DNA of 64,000 nt. Origin: Candidatus Latescibacterota bacterium. Lineage in GTDB: Bacteria > Latescibacterota > UBA2968. Location: NCBI GenBank assembly GCA_965116885.1, contig OZ220741.1:5056001-5120000 (forward strand). Reading direction: 5' to 3'. Position numbers and translations under genes: made by a program. The notes below the pieces were generated by a model. The model did no database searches. It worked only from the letters and a program-made list of their open reading frames with translations, and was not told the DNA's origin. This document shows positions 39,284-48,162 of this stretch, in pieces (positions within the stretch are counted from its first letter, which is position 1; each line of letters opens with the position of its first letter).

Positions 39284-39911
39284 AGATGGTTGTATTCCCG
39301 TTATTTGTTAGATCTATTTCGGGTATAATCGCCCAAAGCGATTGCCCGACCAGACGGTGATAAAGGCTCCAAAAGCTGGCAAGCGGCAAGCCCACCACAT
39401 TGTAGAAGCAGCCAGAGATGGATTGAATAAATGCAGATGCACGCCCCTGCGCACCATAAGCACCGGCTTTGTCCATAGAATCTCCAGTGGCGACATAGCG
39501 CGAGATATCCTCCGATGAGAGCACGCGCATGGTGACGTGAGTAGTAGCAACCTCTGTGAGGGTCTGTCCAGTTTCCGTATCTGTGAGAGCCAACCCTGTA
39601 TAAACCTGATGGGTTTTTCCCGAAAGTTGCGCCAGCATGTCTTCGGCGTGTTTGGCGTCATTCGGTTTCTCAAAAATCGCATTTTCCAATACCACAACAG
39701 TATCGGCACCCAAAATGAGCGCGTGGTCAAAACGATGGGCAACTGCCTGTATTTTGCGCTGTGCGATTTCCCGCACATATTCATCGGGTGGCAAAATGGT
39801 ATCCAAAGACTCATTCGCATTGCTCGGCGCGATCTCAAATGGAACATCCAACAAACGCAACAAATGCGCACGCCTGGGCGAGGCAGACGCGAGAATCAGT
39901 CTCTTATTCAT
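39273..39911 (-). CDS. maf: Maf nucleoside triphosphate pyrophosphatase
   Basis: [29 protein letters not shown]. Confidence 0.95.
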   Translation of the reverse strand: MNKRLILASASPRRAHLLRLLDVPFEIAPSNANESLDTILPPDEYVREIAQRKIQAVAHRFDHALILGADTVVVLENAIFEKPNDAKHAEDMLAQLSGKTHQVYTGLALTDTETGQTLTEVATTHVTMRVLSSEDISRYVATGDSMDKAGAYGAQGRASAFIQSISGCFYNVVGLPLASFWSLYHRLVGQSLWAIIPEIDLTNNGNTTIYDR

Positions 39912-40363
39912 ATCTCTGAGTCAATCATCAATGTAACGGGGCCTGTATTGTGAATTTCGACCTGCATATACGCGCCAAAAACGCCGGTTTCAGTATGAAT
40001 GCCAAGAGCGCAGAAGCGCTGGATAAATTGCTCGTACAGGGATTTGGCAATATCTGGCGGAGCAGCCCGATTAAAACTCGGACGGCGACCTTTGCGGGTG
40101 TCGGCGTGCAGGGTAAATTGTGAAACCACCAGCGCCTGCCCACCCGTGTCGAGCAGGGATCTATTCATTTTTCCACGATCGTCCTCAAAAATTCTCAAAT
40201 TTGCACATTTCTCAGCAACATATTCCATATCCGGCAGACCATCGGTATCGCTAATACCCAGCAAAATCAAAAGACCGCCATCAATTTGCCCAACAATTTG
40301 TTCTTCAACGCGAACCGTTGCCACACACACCCGCTGAATCAATGCCCGCACGCTACCCTCCAT
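39908..40363 (-). CDS. dtd: D-aminoacyl-tRNA deacylase
   Basis: [21 protein letters not shown]-x-GPVT. Confidence 0.96.
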   Translation of the reverse strand: MEGSVRALIQRVCVATVRVEEQIVGQIDGGLLILLGISDTDGLPDMEYVAEKCANLRIFEDDRGKMNRSLLDTGGQALVVSQFTLHADTRKGRRPSFNRAAPPDIAKSLYEQFIQRFCALGIHTETGVFGAYMQVEIHNTGPVTLMIDSEI

Positions 40364-40385
40364 TGCTTAAGATGCATGTATCATT

Positions 40386-40422
40386 TATAACTTATTTATG
40401 GCATGTGTGCAAGGTGAAAGAT
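40386..40422. repeat. Left 37 bp direct repeat flanking the sterol island; contains a minus-strand promoter-like motif facing dtd
   Basis: tataacttatttatggcatgtgtgcaaggtgaaagat; 32/37 identical to 48125-48161; reverse complement TTGCAC-17-TATAAA. Confidence 0.75.
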
Positions 40423-40445
40423 GTAGGAGGAGTGAAATGTGAAGT

Positions 40446-40478
40446 TGTCATCGCGGCATGGTGTTGAGCCGCGATCCA
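40446..40478 (+). repeat. Short palindromic element of GTCAT...GATCC type
   Basis: tgtc-ATCGCGGC-atggtgttga-GCCGCGAT-cca, perfect 8 bp stem. Confidence 0.55.
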
Positions 40479-40506
40479 TTAACGGGAACACAACGAGCCA
40501 AACGGC

Positions 40507-40535
40507 TTGTCTTTTATTTCAGATATTCATATTAT
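40507..40535 (+). promoter_or_regulatory. Putative sigma70 promoter upstream of RND-P450-SMT
   Basis: TTGTCT-17 bp-TATTAT. Confidence 0.5.
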
Positions 40536-40605
40536 GGACAGCCATAAGATTTTAGAATCTGTTGTAAAACAAATTCTCAGGGTTATTCAGCCTGAATGAG
40601 GAAAA

Positions 40606-43600
40606 ATGAACACAGATGACAATTTCCACGGGGAACGCCCCGGACCGATAGCCTACATGGCTGGCAACAGTGTAGCCGCCAATCTATTGATGTGGGCTAT
40701 CATCGCCGCCGGGCTGGTATCGCTGACCGGACTCGACCGGGAAGCGTGGCCCACCACTCCCTTCTACCATATTGAAGTGTCGATGGCCTATCCCGGCGCC
40801 ACACCGGAGGAGATCGAGGAGTCGATCGTCGTCAAGATCGAAGACCAGGTCAGTGGATTGGATGACGTGAAGGCGGTCAAGTCCGTATCGGCTCCGGGTA
40901 TCGCATCCGTGCGGGTTCAAATGGATTTCGATACGGACATGGCTCGGGCGTTAAACGATATCGAGTCTGCCGTCAATCGCATACAGTCTTTCCCTGCCAG
41001 TGCCGAACGTCCCAGTTTCAAGGAGATGACCAACCGCATGAGCATGATGCGACTCATTGTTTATGGCGATGTGCCCGAGCGTGCGCTGAAGGAATTGGCG
41101 TATCAGATCAAGGATGAACTCACGGCTCTTCCCTCCGTCTCCCAGGTCGAGGTCAGCGGTATTCGGAAATACGAGATCTCTATCGAGGTACCGCTTCATC
41201 GGCTAAGAGCACTTGGACTCACCCTCACCGACATAGCCAACACGATTCGTCGCAGTTCCCTGGACTTGTCTGCCGGCAGTATCAATACCCGGGAATCCCA
41301 GGTGCGGGTCAGGACCCTGGGGCAGAACTACGACCAACAGGATTTCGAAGATATCGTCCTTCTCAGCAGCAGCGATGGCACAGTCCTGCGGCTTGGCGAT
41401 ATCGCCGAGGTTCGCGACGGCTTTCAGGAAACCGACCTGATTGTCCGGCACCAAAATCATCCCGCTGTGTTCGTCGAGGTCTTCCGGGCCGATGGTGAGC
41501 AAGTGATGGATGTCGCCACGACCGTTCGGGAGCACCTGGCGAACGAGGTGATCCCGTCCCTGCCCGACGAGGTGGGCGTCAGCATGTGGAATGACGAATC
41601 CCAGGTCTATGAGGAACGCGCCGATCTTCTCCTCAAGAACGGTATTCTGGGCCTGTTGCTGGTCTTGATCGCCCTGAGCCTGTTTCTCGAAATCCGGCTC
41701 GCGCTTTGGGTCGCCGTGGGCCTCGCCGTTTCGGGAATCGGCGCCCTCGCCATCATGATGGCATTCGACGTGGCGATCAACACCATCAGCCTGTTCTCCT
41801 TTGTCCTCGCCATAGGAATCATCGTCGACGATGCCATCGTCGTGGCCGAGCACATTCAATACGAACGCAAGCGGGGAACACCCGGAGTCACGGCCGCGAT
41901 TCGCGGCGTACGGCGGATCAAGGTGCCGTTGACGTTCGCAGTTCTGACGTCGGTGGTGGCCTTCGTCCCGTTGCTGTTCATTCCCGGCGGCGTCGGTGAG
42001 GTGTGGCGGGCCCTGCCGATCATCATGATCGCCATGCTGCTGGTTTCCCTGGTCGAATCGCTGCTGGTGCTGCCCAACCATCTGTCCCACCTGCACGGCC
42101 CGGAGTGGGTGCCGGCCAATGCCTTCGACCGGTTCTTCGCGCGGCTCCAAGGGCGCGTTGACGCGCTGCTGAACAGGTTCGTCCAAGGCCCGCTGGACCG
42201 GGCCCTGCAGTTCGCCACCGACCAGCCCGCGGTGACGATGTCGGGGGCTGTGGGAATGCTCGTGCTGAGCATCTCCCTATTGCCCGCGGGAATCGTTCCT
42301 ACCACGCTGGCCGCTGACGTGGAGGGGGATATCGCGACGGTCGTCCTGGAGATGCCCGATGGGGCGACCGCTCCGAGGACGTACGAAGTGGCCCAGGAAC
42401 TGGAGGCCGCCGGCCACCGGGTCATCGAACGACTCTCGCGCGACCGGCCCGGGGACGCGCCACCGCTGCTGACCGGCGTAACGGTGACCGTCGGACAGGG
42501 CTCGAGACTCGCGGGCGGGCTCAATCCGGAGCCGACCCTCAATCCGCAAGCCAACATCGCCACCATTGAGTTCAAACTCCTGGGCGCCCAACAGAGAGAA
42601 ATCTCCACCGGAGAGGTCGTGCAGGCATGGCGGGAAGAGGTGGGGGTGCTGCCCTACGTACGCGGCATCACCTTCAGCGGCGAGGCCTTCGACTTGGGCA
42701 ACCCGGTGGAGGTTGTGTTGTCGCATCCGGACCCGGAGCACCTTGCCCGGATTGCAAACTCCGTGGTCAATGGACTCCGCGGGGTGGGAGGCGTTTTCGA
42801 CATACGTTCAGACCACACCCCGGGCATCCCGGAAGTTCAACTCGGGTTGCGGCCAGAAGCGCGAACCCTCGGTCTCACACTCGACGATCTGGCCGGGCAG
42901 GCGCGAGCCGCATTCTTCGGCGCAGAGGCCATCCGGATACAGCGCGGTCGGGAGGAGGTCCGGGTCTATGTGCGCCTGCCCTCCGATGAACGAAAATCCA
43001 TCACCGATGTCGAAGGATACCTGCTCCGTACGCCGGGCGGGGCCGAGGTCCCGGTCCTGAGTGTGGCCTCCCTGAACCCGGGGGTGTCGCCGCCGGCCAT
43101 TCGACGGAAGGACGGCCAGCGCGTCGTCACGGTCACTGCGGACGTGGATGCTTCGGTGATTTCAGGCGACGAAGCCAACGACATCCTGACCAATTCGATC
43201 CTCGCGGATTTGACCACCCTGCACCCGGACCTGACATACAGCTTCGGAGGGGAACAACAACAGCAGCTCGAATCCCTGGATGCGCTGTATCGCGGATTTG
43301 CGATTGCCCTGCTCTTGATCTTCGCGCTGCTCGCCATCCCCCTCCGATCCTATACAAAGCCGTTCATCATCATGGCCGTCATCCCCTTCGGGTTCATCGG
43401 AGTGATCCTGGGGCACTGGGTCCTGGGAGTAGCTCTGAGTGCCGTATCTTTCATGGGTATCTTCGGCCTGAGTGGGGTGGTCGTGAACGATTCCCTGGTC
43501 ATGATCGATTTCATCGATCAGAGAATCGGAGAAGGTACCTTGGCAAGGACGGCGATCGTGGAGGGCGCCAAGGGGCGCTTTCGTCCGATCATGCTCACTT

Positions 43601-43800
43601 CCGTGACTACGTTCCTCGGCTTCACTCCCCTTATTCTGGAACGCGCCATCCAAGCCCAGTTCCTGATCCCCTTTGCCGCCTCGCTCGGTTGCGGCATTCT
43701 CTTTACTACGGCTATACTCATGATGATCGTTCCCGCACTTTACACCATCCATCTGCGTCTGATTGCTTCGCGGGGCCGTTCCGGCGCCGGTACCGGGTAA
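40606..43800 (+). CDS. RND (AcrB/AcrD/AcrF-family) permease
   Basis: YPGATPEEIEE, GIIVDDAIVVAE, GVVVNDSLV, RFRPIMLTS; 1064 aa with two large periplasmic loops. Confidence 0.95.
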   Translation: MNTDDNFHGERPGPIAYMAGNSVAANLLMWAIIAAGLVSLTGLDREAWPTTPFYHIEVSMAYPGATPEEIEESIVVKIEDQVSGLDDVKAVKSVSAPGIASVRVQMDFDTDMARALNDIESAVNRIQSFPASAERPSFKEMTNRMSMMRLIVYGDVPERALKELAYQIKDELTALPSVSQVEVSGIRKYEISIEVPLHRLRALGLTLTDIANTIRRSSLDLSAGSINTRESQVRVRTLGQNYDQQDFEDIVLLSSSDGTVLRLGDIAEVRDGFQETDLIVRHQNHPAVFVEVFRADGEQVMDVATTVREHLANEVIPSLPDEVGVSMWNDESQVYEERADLLLKNGILGLLLVLIALSLFLEIRLALWVAVGLAVSGIGALAIMMAFDVAINTISLFSFVLAIGIIVDDAIVVAEHIQYERKRGTPGVTAAIRGVRRIKVPLTFAVLTSVVAFVPLLFIPGGVGEVWRALPIIMIAMLLVSLVESLLVLPNHLSHLHGPEWVPANAFDRFFARLQGRVDALLNRFVQGPLDRALQFATDQPAVTMSGAVGMLVLSISLLPAGIVPTTLAADVEGDIATVVLEMPDGATAPRTYEVAQELEAAGHRVIERLSRDRPGDAPPLLTGVTVTVGQGSRLAGGLNPEPTLNPQANIATIEFKLLGAQQREISTGEVVQAWREEVGVLPYVRGITFSGEAFDLGNPVEVVLSHPDPEHLARIANSVVNGLRGVGGVFDIRSDHTPGIPEVQLGLRPEARTLGLTLDDLAGQARAAFFGAEAIRIQRGREEVRVYVRLPSDERKSITDVEGYLLRTPGGAEVPVLSVASLNPGVSPPAIRRKDGQRVVTVTADVDASVISGDEANDILTNSILADLTTLHPDLTYSFGGEQQQQLESLDALYRGFAIALLLIFALLAIPLRSYTKPFIIMAVIPFGFIGVILGHWVLGVALSAVSFMGIFGLSGVVVNDSLVMIDFIDQRIGEGTLARTAIVEGAKGRFRPIMLTSVTTFLGFTPLILERAIQAQFLIPFAASLGCGILFTTAILMMIVPALYTIHLRLIASRGRSGAGTG

Positions 43801-43831
43801 TGCACTTCATGATGCAGGGAGGCAGAAACCG

Positions 43832-45865
43832 ATGGCTAATAATACCGAGGATTTGACGCCCCAATCGCTAAGTCTCACCGAAGAGCTCATCCTGATGCTC
43901 CTCAACGAGGAGACTGGCTACTTTCACCAGGTACCCGGCTGGCATTTGAACTGCGCCGTGGTCGGTGCCGTGCTCGCGGAGCTTTCACTCAGATCGCGCA
44001 TCGACACGGACCTGGAATCCCTGTTCCTCGTGGACGAGTCGGAAACGGGGAGACCTACCCTGGACCCCATTCTGAAAGAAATCGCAGCCGAATCTGTTCA
44101 ACGGAACGCCCAGTACTGGATCGAACGGCTCGCTCCCCGTGCGGAATCGATCATTGATTCAGTTCTGGACCGCCTGGTTGACCTGAAGATCCTGGAATAT
44201 CACGACGGTGAATTCTGGACACTGGCTCCTACCGTCTGGCGTGGGGAACTGTCCAGCAAGTCGGAAGAGGGCACTGCAGGCCAGTTCATAAAAACGCGGA
44301 TCAGCAAGGTCATCTTCACCGACGAGATTCCCGATCCGAGAGATGTCATCATTATCTGCCTCGTCAATACCTGCGATGTCTTTCGTTTCATATTCCAGCT
44401 CGACGACGAGGCGGAGGAGCGCATCGAGTTCATCTGCAAGATGGATCTGATCGGCCGCTCCCTGGCCTCTGCGGTCTCTCAGAACCTCGCTGGCCCAGCC
44501 CTCCGACGTCCTGCCCTTGCCAGAAAAATTCCGACGGTTTCGCTGCCCAAGCTGCTGCTGAACCCGCATAGTCGAGACGGCAACCTGAACGCGCTCTTCG
44601 GAAACCTTGCAGAGGAGTACGGTCCGGTGTTCCAGATCCGCCCTCCCTTCTCGAAGCCCATGATCTTCCTGGCCGGGCTCGAGACAAACCGCTGGGTGCA
44701 CAAGCGCGGGCGCATGTACCTGAGAGCCAGGGACTACTTCAGCGACTTCGAGAAGGTCTACGGCGCGTCCGGCGTCCTGCCCGCCCTGGACGGAGCCGAT
44801 CACTTCCGGCTTCGCCGGTCCCTGTCGCCCGCCTATTCTGCCGTGAGGCTGGGAGGGCAACTGGACCAGCTCTACAATCAGGGGCGCAAGTACATGGCGA
44901 GCTTGACTGTTGGGGACTCATACCGCGCCACGTCCATGTGCCGGGAGATGGTGAACGCCCAGCTCTCCCCACTGTTCATCGGCGTCGATACCCAGGACCT
45001 CATGGACGACCTGATGGCGTACAAGGAACGGGCCCTCAGCGTTCACGTCGCCAAGCTCCTGCCCAGATTCACGCTGAACACCCCGGGCATGAGACGCCGG
45101 GCTAAAGCCCTGGACACACTGATGCAGCGGGTCCAGGACATCCATACCCCTGCCCAACGGGCGGACAGCCCGCGGGACCTGGTGGACGATTACCTCAGCC
45201 TGCACGCGAGCGACCCGCAGTTTCTCCCAGAGTCCAACCTGCTGTTCTCCTTTTCCGCGGCCTTGATTGCCAGCGTGTACCTCGGCGATACGTTCAGCCT
45301 CGTAGTCTATGCCATGGTGTCGCAGCCCGACCTCTACGCCAGAATCCAGGCCGAAGCAGATGCCCTGTTCGCCAAGGGAGACCCCGAGAGAGAGGATTTC
45401 ACCCCCGCCAACATTGACGTTACCCACCGCTTCCTCATGGAGTGCATGCGCATGTACCCGATCGTCTCCATGTCCATTCGGAACGTGATGAATACGTGCG
45501 TGGTCGAGGACTACGAGCTGCCCATGGGGGAACGGATCCACATCGCCATGACCGCCACGCATTACATGAGCGAGGTCTTTCCCGACCCCTACAAGTTCGA
45601 CATCGACCGCTACCTGCCGTCGCGCCATGAGCATCGCAGCCCCGGGTACGCCCCGTACGGGCTGGGCACGCACAAGTGTCTCGGCACCCGGTGGATGGAG
45701 CTGCACCTGGCGGCCAACTTGTTGATGCTGGCGCACTACTTCACGATTGAGGTGTCGCCGGCGAAGTACAAGCACAAGCTCCGTTTCAGTCCGTTCCCGT
45801 CGCTGAAACCGAGCAAGAAGCTGAAGTTCCGCATCTCCCAGCAGAGACGGGAGCTGTTCACCTGA
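43832..45865 (+). CDS. GPP34/GOLPH3-like domain fused to cytochrome P450
   Basis: N-term LSLTEELILMLLNEETG...GAVLAELSLRSRID...TGRPTLD; C-term ECMR (ExxR), FPDPYKFDIDRY, YGLGTHKCLG heme ligand; RBS GGAGG before ATG 43832. Confidence 0.88.
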   Translation: MANNTEDLTPQSLSLTEELILMLLNEETGYFHQVPGWHLNCAVVGAVLAELSLRSRIDTDLESLFLVDESETGRPTLDPILKEIAAESVQRNAQYWIERLAPRAESIIDSVLDRLVDLKILEYHDGEFWTLAPTVWRGELSSKSEEGTAGQFIKTRISKVIFTDEIPDPRDVIIICLVNTCDVFRFIFQLDDEAEERIEFICKMDLIGRSLASAVSQNLAGPALRRPALARKIPTVSLPKLLLNPHSRDGNLNALFGNLAEEYGPVFQIRPPFSKPMIFLAGLETNRWVHKRGRMYLRARDYFSDFEKVYGASGVLPALDGADHFRLRRSLSPAYSAVRLGGQLDQLYNQGRKYMASLTVGDSYRATSMCREMVNAQLSPLFIGVDTQDLMDDLMAYKERALSVHVAKLLPRFTLNTPGMRRRAKALDTLMQRVQDIHTPAQRADSPRDLVDDYLSLHASDPQFLPESNLLFSFSAALIASVYLGDTFSLVVYAMVSQPDLYARIQAEADALFAKGDPEREDFTPANIDVTHRFLMECMRMYPIVSMSIRNVMNTCVVEDYELPMGERIHIAMTATHYMSEVFPDPYKFDIDRYLPSRHEHRSPGYAPYGLGTHKCLGTRWMELHLAANLLMLAHYFTIEVSPAKYKHKLRFSPFPSLKPSKKLKFRISQQRRELFT

Positions 45866-45879
45866 CGACTTGGCTCCTT

Positions 45880-46941
45880 GTGGAGCCAGGGGGGAAATAC
45901 CACGAAATGCGGCTGTGCAAACTATCGAGAGAGCTGAGAGATGCGTACCGGGAATCGGACGTCGCACGTCGAGTGCAGCACTTCGACGGCTGGCTCGACC
46001 GGGCGGCGCTGGAGCCCGGTGGCGCGGGCGGGTACGATCACACGGAAACAGTGAAAGACTATTACGACCTTTGCAGCGGGTTCATGGTGTGGGGCTGGGG
46101 CCAGTCCCTGCACTTCGCGCCCCTCACGCCTCATGAGAGTCTGGAGGAGTCCAAGATCCGGCATCAGCGGCTGATGATTTCCAAGTTGGAACTGCAACAG
46201 GGTATGACGGTGATCGACGTTGGTTGTGGAGTCGGCGCCCCCATGCGCCGCGTCGTCCGTGAGGCTGGTGTCAGGGTTGTAGGAATCAACATCAATGAGA
46301 TCCAGTTGGAAGAGGCGAAGAGGTTGAACGCCGAGGCGGGGCTTGATCACATGGTCGATTTCGAGACGTGCAGCTTCATAGACATGAGCACCATCGAGGA
46401 CGGCACCTTCGACCGGGGTTATGCCATAGAGTCAACGTGCCATGCACCGGACAAGCAACGCGCCTTCGAGGAGGTATTCCGCGTACTGAAACCCGGTGCC
46501 CTGTTCTGGGGGCAGGAAATGTGTCTGACGGGCAAGTTCGATCCGAAGGACGACCGGCATCGGGCCATCAAGGAGGATCTCATGCGCGGCATTGCGCTGA
46601 AGGACATCGCCACCTTCGGGGAAGTGAATCACGCGCTCGAAGCCGCGGGATTCCAAGTCATGGAAGGGATGGACCGGGCGATCCAGGAAGGACCCTCCAC
46701 ACCTTGGTATCAACCCATGGAGAATCGCCATGGGACGGTCGGAAACGCCTTGCGCAGGCTTCCGTGGGGTCGTAAAGCCGTCATCACAGGATCGAAGCTG
46801 GCTGAAGTACTGCGGCTTTTTCCGAAGGGCTCCGCGGAAGTCATCCGACTCCTGGATCGGACCGCGGAGGCTTATATCGCGGGCGGCAAGGCGGGTATCT
46901 TTACGCCGCTGTACTGTTTCTTGGCTCGCAGGCCTCTTTAG
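45880..46941 (+). CDS. Sterol 24-C-methyltransferase (Erg6/SMT-like)
   Basis: YYDL...WGWGQSLHFA, DVGCGVGAP, YAIESTCHAP, EVFRVLKPG, GGKAGIFTP...ARRP; alternative start ATG 45907. Confidence 0.9.
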   Translation: MEPGGKYHEMRLCKLSRELRDAYRESDVARRVQHFDGWLDRAALEPGGAGGYDHTETVKDYYDLCSGFMVWGWGQSLHFAPLTPHESLEESKIRHQRLMISKLELQQGMTVIDVGCGVGAPMRRVVREAGVRVVGININEIQLEEAKRLNAEAGLDHMVDFETCSFIDMSTIEDGTFDRGYAIESTCHAPDKQRAFEEVFRVLKPGALFWGQEMCLTGKFDPKDDRHRAIKEDLMRGIALKDIATFGEVNHALEAAGFQVMEGMDRAIQEGPSTPWYQPMENRHGTVGNALRRLPWGRKAVITGSKLAEVLRLFPKGSAEVIRLLDRTAEAYIAGGKAGIFTPLYCFLARRPL

Positions 46942-46973
46942 GCCCGCCTGGCGCGCCTTCGCGCGGGCCCCTC

Positions 46974-48062
46974 TTAGTCGGAGACCGAGTCCCCACTTCC
47001 CTTCGAAATCGTCGGATCGGGATAGAACTGCCGGCAATACCGGCGGTACTTCCCTATGGGGCCATCTGCCCGACACAGCCTGGGGACAGACCGATACTGC
47101 TTCCTTTCCCAGATCACCACATCCTGCAGGACATCCCGTTTCTGTTGTGACATCAAAATGCGATTCATCAGCCTGTGGCGCAGCATCATCGGCAGAAACC
47201 CCAGACCTGAGATAAATCGCCGGGGCTTGCGGATTTCCCGCATCTGGCTGACCAGTGCAAGATCGATGAGGGTGCCGTCAATGGGGGTTGCGAGTACCCA
47301 CAATCTCGCATTCATATCAATAGTTTTCTCGTGGATCTCGACGAAGGAATAGCCCAGGCCATAGACGTGGGTGATAGCTGAGGTTTCGTACACGAGGTCC
47401 TTTACACCCAGGATCCTGCGAACGCGTTTGAAGTCGAAGCAACTCTTCAAATAGGCACCATCTACCGTTACCGAACCGATCGGATTCACATTGTCGTAAC
47501 CATGCACGTAGCGCAGGTGTCCCAGATCTACAGAGTTCTCTGTGGTTTCCTGGGGATGGCCGCGGAACCGGAGTATGTTGAATCCCAGTTCACCCCACTC
47601 TTGTCCAGTGGTTGGCTCGGCTGGCAAATCCCACTGCGACGGCCGACCGCCGCTCCCGAACCAGGCGAAGACCATGCCGAGAATCTCTCTGGTCTCATAT
47701 ACCTTCAGTTTCGCGGCTCTGGGTGCCGGGGCATTCGGCGTCGCAACGCATTGTCCGGTCGTATCGAACTCAAACCCGTGGAACGGACAAACGAGCCGAC
47801 CATTGTATATCTTCCCACCGACCTCCGGCCCCAGGTGCGAACCCAGGTGCGGACATACCGCGTCGGCCACGCAGACACGGCCTGCATCGTCGCACCAGAC
47901 AACGATTTCTTCGCCCAGCCACGTCTTCTCGATCAGTTTCTCTCGCAGAACGGATTCGCGGCTTGCGACGAAATACCACCCCTCGGGGAAAGGCGGTAGC
48001 GCATCAGCGACATTCCTGATCCGTCGATTAGTTCGCAAGCCTGCTGATTCCGTCAAAGACAT
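46974..48062 (-). CDS. Rieske non-heme iron oxygenase, cholesterol 7-desaturase (Neverland/DAF-36) / KshA-like
   Basis: FPEGWY, CPHLG, CPFHG, ENSVDLGHLRYVHG, QDVVIWERK, DGPIGKYRRYCRQFY. Confidence 0.85.
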   Translation of the reverse strand: MSLTESAGLRTNRRIRNVADALPPFPEGWYFVASRESVLREKLIEKTWLGEEIVVWCDDAGRVCVADAVCPHLGSHLGPEVGGKIYNGRLVCPFHGFEFDTTGQCVATPNAPAPRAAKLKVYETREILGMVFAWFGSGGRPSQWDLPAEPTTGQEWGELGFNILRFRGHPQETTENSVDLGHLRYVHGYDNVNPIGSVTVDGAYLKSCFDFKRVRRILGVKDLVYETSAITHVYGLGYSFVEIHEKTIDMNARLWVLATPIDGTLIDLALVSQMREIRKPRRFISGLGFLPMMLRHRLMNRILMSQQKRDVLQDVVIWERKQYRSVPRLCRADGPIGKYRRYCRQFYPDPTISKGSGDSVSD

Positions 48063-48124
48063 AAAGATCTCACCCTCAGAAGTTTTTTAAATGAGCTTGC
48101 CAGCCAGCTTGTTGCTCGAAAACC

Positions 48125-48161
48125 TATAAGCTATTTACGGCAGGTGGGCAAGGTGAAAGAT
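48125..48161. repeat. Right 37 bp direct repeat flanking the sterol island
   Basis: tataagctatttacggcaggtgggcaaggtgaaagat, ending next to the lptD stop codon. Confidence 0.75.
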
Positions 48162-48162
48162 T

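Noticed and set aside
46941..46969. GGCCCGC...GCGGGCC hairpin between SMT and Rieske genes
   Set aside because: No U-tract on either strand and plausible by chance in GC-rich DNA; not called as a terminator.
41203..47215. Many long alternative-frame ORFs in the island
   Set aside because: Expected in GC-rich coding DNA; they overlap well-supported genes and lack motifs.
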